DNA from: the human T2T-CHM13v2.0 reference genome, Homo sapiens
Strand: one strand, 5' to 3'
Length of the DNA stretch: 64,000 bases
NCBI RefSeq assembly: GCF_009914755.1
Contig: NC_060926.1
Part shown: one piece after another, positions 1-13,171 of the stretch
Position numbering within the stretch: position 1 is the first letter of the stretch
How the letters are laid out: every line of letters begins with the position of its first letter
The notes under the pieces: model-generated
Seen by the model: only the letters and a program-made list of their open reading frames with translations
Database searches by the model: none
What the model was told of the DNA's origin: nothing
Made by a program: the position numbers and the translations under genes

Positions 1-39
1 GAATGTCAGAGACTTTGGGGAAAGAGAGCATAATGAATG

Positions 40-240
40 GAGAGCAAATTAGAAATTACAGTACTAGGTGAAACTTGAGTCTTGAGAAAAAGCCAGGCTG
101 TAAAAGACCAGGGGAAGAGTGTTCTAGGAAGAGGGAACAGTGTGTACAAAGCTCTTGAGGCAGGAATGAACTTTGTGTGTTCAAGGAACAGAAAGAATGT
201 CAGTGTGCTAGAGAACAGTGAGCAAGGGGGATAATAACAT
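40..240 (-). mobile_element. L2 LINE fragment (left part of an L2 split by an L1M insertion)
   Basis: Typical antisense L2 tract GAGTGTTCTAGGAAGAGGGAACAG...CAAAGCTCTTGAGGCAGGAA...CAGTGAGCAAGGGGG. Confidence 0.7.
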
Positions 241-261
241 ACAATTAATTCAAAGACTGTA

Positions 262-815
262 GTTGTTCATACTGTCTACAACCTAGCAATTTTACTCTTA
301 GGTATTTATCTAAGAGAGATGAGTGAATATGCCCATGAAAAGACCTGTACAAAAATGTTCACATCATTTTATTTATAATACCCCCAAGCTGGAAACTACC
401 CAAATGTCCATTAACAATGGAATGAAAAAATTAATGTGGTACATTCATACGATGGATACTATCTAGTACTGAAAAAGACTGAACTCATGCTGTATGCAGT
501 GATATGGATGAATCCCACGGGTATAATACTAAGAAAAAAGAGTCAGACATAAAAGAGTACATACTGTGTAATTTCATTTATACGAAGTCCAAGGACAGGT
601 AAAATACTCTATAGTGATAGAAAGAATCATGGTATCTGTGGGGAGGTATTACCTGGGAAAGGACACCAGAGAGCCTTTTGGCATACTAAAAGTGTTTTAT
701 ATCTTGATCTGGGTGGTGGTTATATGAGTGTATACATATAGATAAAAATTCAGCACGCCGTATACTTAAGACTTGTGCATTTTAAAAATGTATGTTATTC
801 TTCAATTAAAAAAAG
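262..815 (+). mobile_element. Ancient L1 3' end (L1ME/L1MD-type)
   Basis: ORF2 C-terminal DNA (CCTAGCAATTTTACTCTTAGGTATTTATC, CCCAAATGTCCA, TGTGGTACATTCATAC), L1M 3'UTR and A-tail CAATTAAAAAAA. Confidence 0.85.
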
Positions 816-834
816 TAGAAAACATTTAAGTCAT

Positions 835-1150
835 TGGTTAGGCAGACACCAGACTATGTAGGACCTTGTAAGCCATGGCAAGAATTTGGGATTTCACTCT
901 AAGTACAATGGGAATTCATTGGACGGTTTCAGCAGGGTAGGAATGTGTGGCTGGATTGCATTTTTAAAAGATACTCTGCTGCCATGTCAGGAGTGATAGC
1001 ATGAAGAAAAGTTAGAGACCTTTGTGAAGTTCAGGCAAGAGAGGATGACATTGTGAACTAGCATTTCAGCACTAGAAATGGAAAGAAGTAGACAGATTTG
1101 AGATTTAATTTAAAGGTAGAGCTGACAGACCCACTGCTGGATTGTGGGTA
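835..1150 (-). mobile_element. L2 LINE fragment (continuation)
   Basis: GGACCTTGTAAGCCATGGCAAGAATTTGGGATTTCACTCTAAG... resumes the L2 interrupted at ~240. Confidence 0.7.
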
Positions 1151-1169
1151 GACAGAGGTGCTGAGTCCA

Positions 1170-1610
1170 ATGTGACGCGATGCTGGCAGCAATGGAAGGA
1201 GTCTGCTGGTGAGGAGCACAGACTGTTGCTTGGCTCCCAGCACCTGCTGTCCTGGGAAGCACATGGCATCCCTGGTAATGAGGACTGTACAGCATTTCTC
1301 TGACTTCCTTACAGCTAGGTACGAGCATGTGACTAAATTCTTGTTTGATCATGCCTTTAAAGGATAAGGGCATGGCTGTCCCTTCCTGGTGGCTGGAATG
1401 CTGCTCCATGGTAATGAGCCATCTGCAATAGGTGGACAAGGAAGACACCTTAGGGATGACGATGCAGCAACATAGAAGGAGCCTGGACCCTTGACTTTAC
1501 AGAGCTGAGCTCTCAAACAAGCTTAGACTTTTATGTGAGCAAGAAATAAACCTCGGCTAAGCCACTACAATTTTGGGTTTCTTTTGCATGCAGCCAAACC
1601 CACGGCAGAT
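1170..1610 (+). mobile_element. MaLR solo LTR (MLT1J-like)
   Basis: AGAAGGAGCCTGG, GTGAGCAAGAAATAAACC...AAGCCACT...GCAGCCAAAC MLT1 3' signature. Confidence 0.65.
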
Positions 1611-2865
1611 CAAGCATTCTCCCCAGGCCTATAAGACATTGAAGTCTTTCAGCAGTTGGATAGGTGAGTCAGAGCCCAAGAATGGGGGTGGAGATGGAAA
1701 TCTGAGAATCATTAGCATGTGGTACCTAAAGTTCACCTACTTATCTACCTGCTTCTACAAACTTGACTTATTGCCTAGCCTTAGCTATTGGTGCCAGCAT
1801 TTGTATCAAACTCATTGCTCTCAGGTCTCAGGCCCTTGAGGTCCACTGTAAAAACAGCTTGTGAAGAGCTTCTAGGTCCCCATGTTCCTCTCTCCTGTAC
1901 TGAATGCCCTGTGCTCTACTGCCAGCTGGTCACACTCATGTTGGCTCTTAACTATGAACAGCTTTGAGTTGTTGTGGAATTGTTCTAAGTACCTATGCCT
2001 GTCTCCACCTAGTGGAGAACTAGTCCCGAGAGGCAGGGGGGCATTTTTTGCTTTATTGTGTTCCTTCTGCAGACACCACACTATGCCTGTAGGCACAGCT
2101 CAAGAAACATCCCTAATTATGAAACAGATCTTAAAAAGTGCTTGCAGATAGATGAAAATATTTTCAAGGAATCTAGACTAGGGAGCATCAAAATGATTTC
2201 TCTGCTCAACCTACCAACGCTAACCTCAGGAGAGGTTAGTGGAAGCGTATTTGCTGGAGTGCAATTAGAGTTAGAGCTATTAAGGGCATAGATGAATACG
2301 GTAATGGGGTTATGGATTGATGTGTGTGCAGGCCTGCACATGGGTGTGCACATGGGTGTGCTGGGAAAGAAGGGCAAAACATTAAAATGTGTGGTATGAA
2401 TGTCATTTGCCTTCAGAGAGACAAATGCAACCCCCCCATTTCTCCTCACGGGGGACACTCACTGATGGGGAGCAAGGATGCATTTAGTTAGGAATCCCAG
2501 TGTATGGCATAATTTCATCTTGGAGAAGCTGATTGGGTTGGGGTATCTGTACAACCAACCAACAGCATGCCTAGCATCCAGCACCCAAGAAAACCACCTT
2601 GGAGGGAAGGAAGTCACTAGAAAAACATGTGCTCTCAAAATGTTTCCGATTGTAAGTCCAGTTGAAAACATTTCATCTTATTGGTTCTATTGCCCCTGGG
2701 TTTCAGCTTGTCTCTTTTCATGTGCCAGGCCCTTTGCTCAGACTCAACAACCCTCGAAATTCTAAGAGAGAGAGAAATAGCTACAAAACATTGGATTCTA
2801 GCCTGAACTTCTGAATAGAGAACAGAGGGAATAAATTTCAGAACAAGTATATCTCTCTGAGATAG

Positions 2866-3435
<570 letters not shown>

Positions 3436-3571
3436 TAATAGAGCAAACAGGGAATCTGGGGGAATAATGTGGGAGGAAGAGCTGATGGAACACGCATGGA
3501 AGCTGTGTCCCCATTCTGCATTGTCACAGTTGGCAGTGTGACTTGAGCCAGATAATAACAATAGTGACTAT

Positions 3572-3946
3572 ACTATTTTTCTAGAACTTCCATAATAAAA
3601 TTCCAGATGGCTTAAACAGCAGAAATTTATTTTCTCACAGTTCTGGAGGCTGCAAGTCCAAGATCAAGGTGTTGGCAGATTTGGCTTCTCCTGAAGCATT
3701 TCTCCTTGGCTTGTCTTTTTGCTGTGTCCTCACATGGCCTTTTCTCTGTGCACCAGCTTCCCTGGTGTCTCCTGCTCTTCTTGCAAGGACACCAGTCATT
3801 TTGGATTGGGGCTCTACCCTTAGGACTTCACTTAACCTCAGTTACCTCTTTAAAGGCCCTATCTCTAAATACAGTCACATTCTGAGGTATACTCGGGGCT
3901 AGGACTTTAACATATGAATTTTGGGGGACACAATTCAGTCCATAAT
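3572..3946 (-). mobile_element. MaLR solo LTR (MLT1A/MLT1A0-like)
   Basis: GGCTTAAACAGCAGAAATTTATTTTCTCACAGTTCTGGAGGCTG...GGGGGACACAATTCAGTCCATAA. Confidence 0.9.
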
Positions 3947-4054
3947 GTTGATAGTAATAATAATAATGTTAATAGAAGGCTGCTGGAAATCCCAAGACAT
4001 AAAAATGATAACTAATAACTAATAACTAGTAATAATAATATAATGACAGAAGGC

Positions 4055-4262
4055 TTCATTTATTGAGTTCTTACTTAGCTCAGACACTATTATAATTGCT
4101 GTCTATGAATTTTCTCACTTAATTCTGAAAGCAACCTGTGAAATAGTTACTATTATTATCTTTCACAGGAGCACAAAAGCTGTCTGAAGAAACACATCCA
4201 GTGAATTATAGGGTTAGGATTTTGACTCCAGAGTCTCAGGTCTTATCTCCTAAGCTATACTA
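4055..4262 (-). mobile_element. MIR SINE
   Basis: CATTTATTGAG...CACTTAATTCTGAAAGCAACCTGTGAAATAG antisense MIR, preceded by a (TAA)n-like tail at ~3955-4045. Confidence 0.7.
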
Positions 4263-5221
4263 ACTCCAAACATCTGGGGGCTTCATGTTATCTGTGTGTA
4301 CAATGGAATAGATATTGCTTAGAATCTTTTTCAGTTCTAACATTCAAGGCTTTATTTGACTACATTTTTCTTGTTTATTGAACATGCTACTTGGAAGGAA
4401 GGCCCAGTTTTTGGTGTTTCGGAAGATGATGAAGCAGGACTGGTTTTGTTCTAAATTTTCAAGGACTCGCCCTTTGCTTGGTCTCTTGCATTATTGCTTA
4501 TGATCAAATCACCTGCTTGGATCCTGGTCTGTGTTTGGGTGTGATATTCCCCTTGCCTGAGTTTTGTTTTGTTTCCTTGTACTCACCATATACGATGGTT
4601 TCTAAGGGATTCGAGTTCTGTGTTGCTTTCAGCAGAGTTTCCAGGATCAGGGGACCTGCCCTTGCACCCAAGTCCCTAGTCCTAGTTCCAGGGTCTCTGT
4701 TGCCACCTGTGTGCCTGTGCCTCTACCATTCACTTGCCTTAGGCTCCAGAACCCCACTTTCTCAGATGGGGTACTAGTTGGTGACCTGCTTTGCTCCAGG
4801 AAGCCTATGCAATGCCTGACCCCCATTTCTCCTGGCCTGAGCCCTTCTTGGCAGCTGTATTGCCCCTTCCTGAGGCTTGTAAGAAATGAGAAAGAGAAAC
4901 TTGGTAAGATGGGGACCAAATACTTGGCTTTAAACCCACAATACCCTGGGTCATGAAAATAATGGTATTATAATCTAACTTTCAGCTTGTTGCAGGATTA
5001 CATTTCAGGAGGTGTCCCAGTTGCCTGCCAGTTACCATTTTTATGTCTTGGGATTTCCAGCAGCCTTCAAGTACATGCTGGCATTTCAGATTCACTTGGT
5101 GCAATTAAAGAAATTGCATGACTGCTAGTTTCTCCTCTTTTTTTTCTCCCCTCAAGATAAATTGTAGAATTCAACTTGATTAAAACATTTATTAAGTGAG
5201 ATTTAATAGATTCCAGTAATG

Positions 5222-5224
<3 letters not shown>

Positions 5225-5258
<34 letters not shown>
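5225..5258. repeat. (TG)n microsatellite
   Basis: About 17 TG units. Confidence 0.98.
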
Positions 5259-5261
<3 letters not shown>

Positions 5262-6475
5262 CCTCATTATCCATTTCTTCCACATGTGCCAAGAATGGCC
5301 ATGTGCATAGAGAATTGTTCATGGAACTTGCTTTATTCTGCAATTTACCAGCAATGTCAAATTACGGGGTTTAATGGATTCCTGCACAAAAATTCCTAGT
5401 GTGGTTGTATTAGCAGCACGTTTCATTAAAAAGGGCTATTTTTCTCTACCGGGATTTCAGTAAAGAGACAATGTTTATTTTTTCAGTGGAAAATTGATTG
5501 TAACTAAGAGGATACTTGGCTTGAAAGTGGGGAATTATCATATCATATGATTAAATGAAAGCTTACCTTGTTATAAGGTAACTAGACATATCCCAGTAGA
5601 ATTGAGACAATGTTTGATTAAGCCAGATTTTCCTACTTTATATTCAAGGAACAAATTAAAGAATAATTGAGATCCTTTTCAGATCTTTTATGAGCTGCAT
5701 ATATAAAGCTTCAGCTCCAGGTGGCAAAGCAATTAGCTGATGAATAAAATCAACCCCACTGTCATTTGTCAGATGTTTAAATTCTATAAACCAGATAAAT
5801 TAATGTGTTCCTTAAGCCAAATAAACGGTCATGCTCTCCATGTTACCACTCAATTCCCTTGGGGAAAGGTTGGATGCATGCTCATGGAGAGGCTAGAATC
5901 TACTTAATCAGAAAGGTTGAAATTAAGTTGCCCATTTGATTTTCTGAAATAATGTCCATCTGGCACAAAATGTATTTTCCAGGCAAAGTTGTTAGACATG
6001 GTGGTTTGGTTTGTTTAGTAAACTAAGGATAAAGCTGGACTCAGTGCTGCATGCTGCTGGCTTCATTGAAGATCTTTTCATTTCCTTGTACTTGGCATTG
6101 AAGTTATTTATAAGCAACTGAAAGTGCTCTGGTTTCATTTATTCCTTGCTCCTGCATATTAATACAGAGAATTAGAATTTCTGTTGCCTTTCTGCTTCCA
6201 GATTTATTTCTCTGAGGTGAGTTTCCTGGACAAGTACAACATACTGCCATTGCATGTTGACATGAGCTTTTCTGACGTTGACATCTAGATAAGGTAGACT
6301 TAAGTCTCAGAGGACATTATTTAATTAGCTGGTGACTAAGTTTTGTTGGCTGGTTCTGCCCTGCTATTTTCATTATAAGCATTGCTTTTAGGGGCTGTTG
6401 ACTGGGCTTTTACTCCTAGCCACCTGCTTTGGTTTGCGTGGCTTTCATATTTTGGTCACTGTGAATGGTCCTTTA

Positions 6476-7003
6476 GAGTCTTTCTACTCAAAATGTGGTC
6501 CTGTGACAAGCAGCATTAGAATCACCTGGGAGCTAATTGGAAATGCAGAATCTCTGCTCCACTCTGACCTATTTAATGATTGCATGCATTTTGTCAGTGA
6601 TATGGTTTGGCTCTGTCCCCACCCAAATATCACCTTAAACTGTAATTCCCATAATCCCTATGGGTCAAGAGCCAGACCAGGTGGAGGTAATTGAATCATG
6701 GGGGTGGTTTCCTCCATGCTGTTCTTGCGATAATGAGTGAGTCTCGTGAGATCTGATGGTTTTATAAGCGTCTGGCATTTCCCCTACTTGCACTCATTCT
6801 CTCTCCTGCCGCACTGGGAAGAGGTGCTTTCTGCTATGATTGTAAGTTTCCTGAGGCCTCCGCAGCCATGTGGAACTGTGAGTCAATTAAACCTCTTTTC
6901 TTTATAAATTACCCAGTCTCAGGCATTTCTTAATAGCAGCATGAGAACAGACTAATGCAGTCACATTCATATAATAATCAAGTTTGAGAAGCACTGTGTT
7001 AGA
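6476..7003. mobile_element. MER5A-like hAT-Charlie MITE split by a THE1 LTR
   Basis: CTACTCAAAATGTGGTCC...AGCAGCATTAGAATCACCTGGGAGC...AAATGCAGAATCTC on the left; AAGTTTGAGAAGCACTG on the right. Confidence 0.8.
6598..6959 (+). mobile_element. THE1 (THE1D-like) solo LTR
   Basis: TGATATGGTTTGGCTCTGTCCCCACCCAAAT...ACAGACTAATGCA; TG..CA ends; near-TSD GTCAG/GTCAC. Confidence 0.95.
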
Positions 7004-8847
7004 CTTTGACTGTGGCTAGGGTTGGAGTTATGAAGTAAAAGCATGTAGCCAGTGGGAATATCCACTTTGTAGATTTTCTAAACCTCAAGCCATCTTTTCT
7101 TTTTCATATTTTATTCCCGTTAGCCACTAGCACTTTAAAAAAGGATAACAAAAAAGAGCTAGAACTCATTCATTATAATATTGATTATTGGAGCACAGCA
7201 TTCTTTAGGAACTGTAACAAAAATTGGCAATTATTTATAGAAATTGAATTTAGATCTTGAGGTCATTATCAAGATGACTCTAGGTGAATTTTCATGTTGA
7301 ACTGCCAGCTTGCTATCTATTAAGTGCAAACTATTGGTCTCCTTGTGGCATAGTAGAGAGACAACTGGATTGAATACTCAAGCACCAACTCATCATCTGA
7401 TGACGGGCAAGCAGTTTCACTTTGAGCTTGATTCCCCTGTTTGTTAAATGAGGAATTTGGAAGGAGATGATTCTAGGGTCTCCTCAAGAGCTGAATGTTT
7501 ATAATTTGATGTGACTATGTGGAAGTCTGAGCAAGACATTCTGAATACATCGACTCACAGCTATTCCAGTGTCTGGAAACCAACCCCACACATAGGTTCT
7601 CCTGATGCTGTTTGACTAGTATCATCCCTAGTATTCATTTTACAGCAGTTTGGAAATTAGCTCATCACATGAGTTCCCAGGGATCAAGAAGCTGATCTTT
7701 GGGTGTGATGCAGGCATGTGCATGAATGCACATTTGTTGCCTATAGTCTAAGTTTTTATTCATGCTACACAGGGACTGGAGAGAATGAAGCAGCAGCATA
7801 AATAGGTTTTAATGTAAGGAAGAATATGAAACTCATGAATAGCAGAATGAAGCAAAACTCAACACACTCTTTGCTATAAATGAATATTTGAAATTTTTCC
7901 AACCCCTGGTGTGTTGTATGCTGTTATTGTTTTTTTTTTTTTTTTAAACCACAATCTGTCTTTTATTTCTTTCTTTTTCTTCCTCAGTGTGTTTTATTCT
8001 GGTTTTCATTTGAAGGTTCACTTTGGGTTGTATGTGTGTACTGAAAATGTTAAGGTGATTATTTTTTGATGCAAATAGGCATGGTTTCAAGATTTAAAGA
8101 AGTGCTACTGAGAGAAGTCAGGCAGTTAAAGAAAAGCCTTTTCTGTTCTCTTATATTTGGAAAGCAATCCTGTTCAAGGGCTGTGTGGGGAAGAGATGAC
8201 CTGGGAAGCACCTTCTCCTTGGGCAAATGATTTGCTCACTAATTCCTTCAAAGTTTCCTTTCCTATTTTCTTCTTTCTTAACACAAAACTGGATTTATTA
8301 CCTACAATAGGTTCAAAACTAGAGATGCAGAGAGGAAAAAAGATATCATCCCAGCCCTTAAAGGCTCAGATCTAGCCAAGGAATGTGTAGTCTATAATTT
8401 CTGTCTCCACTGATAGCTCTCACTCCAAATGTTATTGTAATGTGAGCATATAAGAAAAGTCATAATGGTTATTTGAGAGCAATTTCATTTTCTGGTTACA
8501 CAGTGTTTACTCAAATTCTTGTAGGGATGTGTGTGTGCAGGAGCATGTGTGTTGAGGGCTTTGAGTAACAGCTTAAGTGATATTAATAAAGCAGATTTCC
8601 CGTCTCTGAAGGAAGGCAAATTCTCAAGGCAAAGTATGACATATTCTGGTAAGTGAGTTTATGTCTAAAATTGAATATGTTATATATCCAGGGATCTTTT
8701 AGGGATCTTCCTGGGAAACTTCTGGCTCTTAAAGTCGATCTTTGTAGTTTCTCTGTGTTGTAATTTGGGGTGGCAAATTTTCTCTTGTCAAATTTTGCAG
8801 GCATAAGGCTGTGCTTTGTGGATACAAAAGTGTGCCAATTCTAAGGA

Positions 8848-9046
8848 AGTAGTTCTCAAGCCTTGGTGGGGAAAAAAATCACCCAGGGAACTTATTCACA
8901 ATTCAGATGAGCCCCCTGGCTGCTTCTGCACACCCCAAATTCTGACATGGTAGGTAGGAGATGGGACCCAGGAACCTGCATTTAGAAAAGCTTCCCTCAA
9001 GTGTTTCTGATTTAGCAGGGCAGAAGACACACTTTGAGAACACTGG
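8848..9046. mobile_element. MER5A/B hAT-Charlie MITE
   Basis: TIR-like AGTAGTTCTCAA...TTTGAGAACACTG; internal AATCACCCAGGG, CCCAGGAACCTGCATTT. Confidence 0.8.
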
Positions 9047-9124
9047 CATGGAATTTCTTCATTTGAATCACAGTTAGGCATAAGCCTGTATATGATATAC
9101 TTTAAAAAGCATTTTAAAGTTCTT

Positions 9125-9382
9125 TTTTAAAAAAAATTTATTTATTTATTATTATTATACTTTAAGTTCTAGGGTACATGTACGCAAAGTGCAGGTTTGT
9201 TACATATGTGTACATGTGCCATGTTGGTGTGCTGCACCCGTTAACTCGTCATTTACATTAGGTGTATCTCCTAATGCTATCCCTCCGCCCGCCCCCCACC
9301 TCACGACAGGCCCCAGTGTGTGATGTTCCCCTTCTTGTGTCCAAGTGTTCTCATTGTTCAATTCCCACATATGAGTGAGAAT
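9125..9382 (-). mobile_element. L1PA (about L1PA4/5) 3'UTR, heavily 5'-truncated
   Basis: TTATACTTTAAGTTCTAGGGTACATG...; 20-bp TSD AAAAGCATTTTAAA(G/A)TTCTT at 9105-9124 and 9383-9402. Confidence 0.95.
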
Positions 9383-9479
9383 AAAAGCATTTTAAAATTC
9401 TTGATTGAAAGAATGTTATGCAAATTTATTCATTTCACAATCTGACAAATGAATAGAAGACCCATGAGGCTATCTTACA

Positions 9480-9716
9480 TAATGTTCAAGAATTTAGGCT
9501 CTGCTGTCACGCATTTTATTTCCCATTCCTGTGCTTGCTGGAAGCATGGCCTTGGGTAAGTCACTTAACCTCTCTAAGCCTCAGTTTCCTCAGCTGTAAA
9601 ATCAGGATAATAACAACAATCTAATCAGGCTGTTGTGAGGATTAAATGAAATAATTTATATCAAATGCTTAGCGCAGGACCTGACACAGAGTAAGTGCTC
9701 AATAAACTTTGGCTGA
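9480..9716 (+). mobile_element. MIR SINE, near full length
   Basis: Core CCTTGGGTAAGTCACTTAACCTCTCTAAGCCTCAGTTTCCTCAGCTGTAAAAT; 3' GTAAGTGCTCAATAAA. Confidence 0.92.
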
Positions 9717-10489
9717 CACTGCTATTAGTTTGTAATAGGAATAAAAAATTATAGTAAATAAGAGTGTATCCTTTCATTGCACAACTTTCTTCTTAGGTAA
9801 CTGTGAGCACTTTACAGAGTCCCAAGTTAATCAGCACAGAATCCCTAGGAAACAGTCCAGGATTCTGTAGTTACTTTACACTGTCCCCTTTGAACTGCTT
9901 ATGCCATTTTTGTGTTAAGTCCGGTTGGTAGTGGCTTTGCTTCATTGATTAGATGTATAAGCCTCTTCCACGCCTCAGCACATAGACTGATTTTACTCAG
10001 AAATGAGTCCAGGAAAGTGCATCTTCCTCTTCCCAGGAGTGCACACATTTTCTTTTGATGTGATTGTCATTTACTTGATAAACTGTCATTTACTTGATAA
10101 TCCTCTCCAACAAGATGATCTCTTGCTGGAAAGCATTAATGCAATTAACAGTCATGGTTAGGAGACCATGGCTGGCATGGTCTCAGGTCAATAACTGCAG
10201 AGAACAGACAATTCTTGGAACGGTGGTGCCTCCTCCGGAGACACTTAGCGTTTCGATTTTGTTTAGGTGTCCATATGCTCATATAATTCTCCGGGAAGTG
10301 CATCTAGGTTTCACTTCAACCTAAAGCTTGAGATTTGCCTGATTTAACATGGTGTGTTTCCCAATGCTTTGCAAAATCCTAGCACAGTCTGGGCTTTTGG
10401 TTTTCTTATTGATTGAAATGCTAAAGTATTATCAGAATCATAAGAGATAAACAGACTTATTGTTACTTCTCTCTCACACTAAGCTCTCC

Positions 10490-10650
10490 TGCAGTGGCCC
10501 ACAAACTGCGCATACTGGAATCACCTGGAGAACTCTGCTCAAACCCTAAGGTTCTGATTCAATTGGTCAGGGGGTTCACTTTGAGAATGGGACTTTGAAA
10601 GTCTCCTCAGGTGATTCTAAAACTCAGCCAAGATTGAGAACTTCTGCTTT
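10490..10650. mobile_element. MER5B-like MITE
   Basis: GGAATCACCTGGAG, TTCTGATTCAATTGGTC, CAGGTGATTCT...TTGAGAACTTCTG. Confidence 0.7.
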
Positions 10651-10790
10651 ACAGGGTGATTTCACACGCTCTCATCTTTGGATTTTTTTATATACATTGT
10701 TGTCTTGTCTGATACGTCAAACTCATCCCTCCAACCTCTTCTGCATAATTTGTGAATTTTCACAAATAGAACTTCAGAATAACCCTTGAG

Positions 10791-11003
10791 TAGTGGTTCT
10801 CAACTAGGGGTGATTTTGCCCCTTCAAGGACATTTGGCAGAGTCTGGAGACATTTTTGATTGCACCAGCCAGGGGTGTGCTACTGGCATCTAGTGGGTAG
10901 GGGCCATGGATGCCGCTAAATATCCTACAACATATAGGATAACCCCTACAACAAGGAAGCATTCTACCGCAAATGTCAATAGCACTGAGGTTGAGAAGCA
11001 CTG
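10791..11003. mobile_element. MER20 hAT-Charlie element
   Basis: AGTGGTTCTCAACTAGGGGTGATTTTGCCCC...CTACTGGCATCTAGTGGGTAG...GAGGTTGAGAAGCACTG. Confidence 0.92.
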
Positions 11004-11354
11004 CCTTAGCTTAGCCACTCTCATTTTACAAGTGGGAAAATGTGGTCCGGAGATGATAGCTTGATTTGCTCAAGGATTCATGTGTAATTATCAGCAGAAT
11101 AAAATTTTTAACAATTGTAACATTATAGTGGAACCCTGCCCTTATTCTCCAACTCTCTCCCTTTTAACCTACTGCCCTAGGGACATTAGTTATTCTTCTT
11201 GTTTCCTTTCCCTCCTCAAATATCCCTAGGCTCTCAACAGTAGTTATTTGTTTTCTGTATTTTAGTATTTCAAATTTCTTGACTAAAAAACAGAAGCCAA
11301 GTCTACTTAAGCTAAATTGCATAGCCTAATAAGCATCACTTTTCTTTGCTCTAG

Positions 11355-11463
11355 GATGGCATTGTTGCAACTTGTTGCTAGGCCTGGTTTGTTTTGTGCT
11401 GATCAGCACCTCTGATTGGAAGTTATATAAATCTTTGGTTAATTTAAAAAATGGGCAAATGAG
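11355..11463 (+). other. Candidate non-coding exon (109 nt)
   Basis: Branch-like CCTAAT at ~11325, acceptor CTTTTCTTTGCTCTAG|G and consensus donor GAG|GTAAGT in unique sequence. Confidence 0.35.
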
Positions 11464-11584
11464 GTAAGTGTTACTTCATAAATCTAGTTTGGCGAGCAAA
11501 ATGTTTCTAATTTAAGGACCCACAAAATGAAATTATAAAGGGGCTTCTTGGCGATGAAAAGAACGTCTCCCCAGGCCTTCTCTA

Positions 11585-11589
<5 letters not shown>

Positions 11590-11620
<31 letters not shown>

Positions 11621-11643
11621 TGTGTGTCTGTGTGTCTGTGTGT
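11590..11643. repeat. (TG)n plus (TGTGTC)-type microsatellite
   Basis: Direct reading. Confidence 0.97.
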
Positions 11644-11929
11644 CCAAGCCCCCAGCTGCTTGGACAGAGTTTAGGAAGGTGATGGAGATTTTGAATTAAA
11701 GACCTGTGAGTCCACCTTTCTTCATTTATATGTTCCCTGGATACCTCTCATCTTAACCCCAGGAAAGTAATTAACTGGTTATTTCTGGAAGGTAGGATTT
11801 GGGATCATGCATGGCTAAAATGTATTTTTTTTAACTTCTTCTCTCTGTTTTTTTTTCCTGTGCACACATTTTTTTTTAATAAAATGAAGCCATTTAATCA
11901 AATAATATAATTTTATTCTCAACATTCCG

Positions 11930-12265
11930 TGCACCATAATCTCTTGGGAGCTTAACAAATCGCTTGGGTACCATCTCCAGAGACTCTGATTGAGTTGGCT
12001 TGGGGGTGGGGTGGGGGCGTGGGGATGGGTAGCGTTTAGTGACTTCCCAGCTGATTCTTATGTGTGGCTAGAATTAAAAACTCCTGTCTCAGAGAGCAGT
12101 TCTCAAACTTGTCTGCATATTGCAATGTCCCGAAGAACTTCAGAACACCTGTGCCTGGGACCACCATAGAGGTTCTGATTTAATTGGTCTGGGGGTGCTG
12201 ACTGGGTTTTGGGTGTGTTAAGATTTCCCCAGGTGATTCTGAAATGGAAGGGCTGGGTAGTATCT
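11930..12265. mobile_element. Two adjacent MER5B-like MITEs
   Basis: CCAGAGACTCTGATTGAGTTGG...CCCAGCTGATTCT; then CAGTTCTCAAACTTG...TTCTGATTTAATTGGTCTGGGG...CCCCAGGTGATTCTG. Confidence 0.7.
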
Positions 12266-12997
12266 CTGAAGAGTTTTTTGGGGGAGTTCTTAATGTTGCT
12301 GTCTTACTAAGGAGGTGTACCAACCTGCCCCTGCTTTCTGTTAAATGAGAGTTAATAAGGTGGGATTGCTCTAAACCTTGAGCACAACTGATCATAATGC
12401 TAGAAACAATAGTCCCTCCTCCTCAGGGTGAAATAACAATGTTACAGGGACACCAATTATGAAGATAGGTTGTGTTTTTAATTGTTGAGAAAATGATGAG
12501 CTTGAAGGAGATTTTGCTTATTAAGACTGCTTTACCTTTATAAATGACTGTAAGTAGATTCATCAAGAATTGGGAGCTGCCTTGAGCTACAAACAAGCCT
12601 ATGCAATAGGTACTAATAGTTGTTTTTAGCCTCCAGTTATTTTTGTCTTTTCTTTTTGCCTTTTTAAAAAGAGGGTGGGAGTGAAGAGGGCTCCCTATAC
12701 TTCTGTCTTAACAGACTGTCACTATGATGATGTCCAAGTTGAATTCTGAATTTTCTTTGGTTAGACTAGCCCTGTAGCTTTTTAGAATTATTTAAAAGGG
12801 CTGCCTTCTTTGTTACAACAAAAAGTCTTCTTGGAGGTGTGAGCGGTTGAGCTCCCCCAGTGTGGTGGGTGCTAGGAAGGGCCTCTGGGGCGAGGTCTGC
12901 AGGTGGGCTCTTTAGCAGTGAGGCTGCAGCGAGACAGGACCCTGGGTCTGGAGAGCTTTCCAGCTCCAGCCAAGTCTGGCTTCCTACTTCTCCACAG

Positions 12998-13171
12998 AAG
13001 CCACTTGGGAGCAGTGTGGCCTTGCCTATGAGGGAGGCTCAGGGAACCTTCCTGGAACTGACCGGCACAGCCAGGGAGCCTGGAGCCCCTGCCTGATGAC
13101 AAGTGAAATATTTCACAGAATATAAATCTTTCCTCTTGCAAATGCTCCTTTGGTGAGAAATCAGACAGCAG
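12998..13171 (+). other. Candidate non-coding/5'UTR exon (174 nt; or a first exon from ~12820)
   Basis: Acceptor CTTCCTACTTCTCCACAG|, donor CAG|GTAAGA; locally GC-richer unique block; TATTTAAAA at 12789-12797. Confidence 0.35.

Noticed and set aside
12001-12030. G-rich run as a functional promoter GC box
   Set aside because: Lies inside a MER5B-like element with no CpG island; at most an incidental G4
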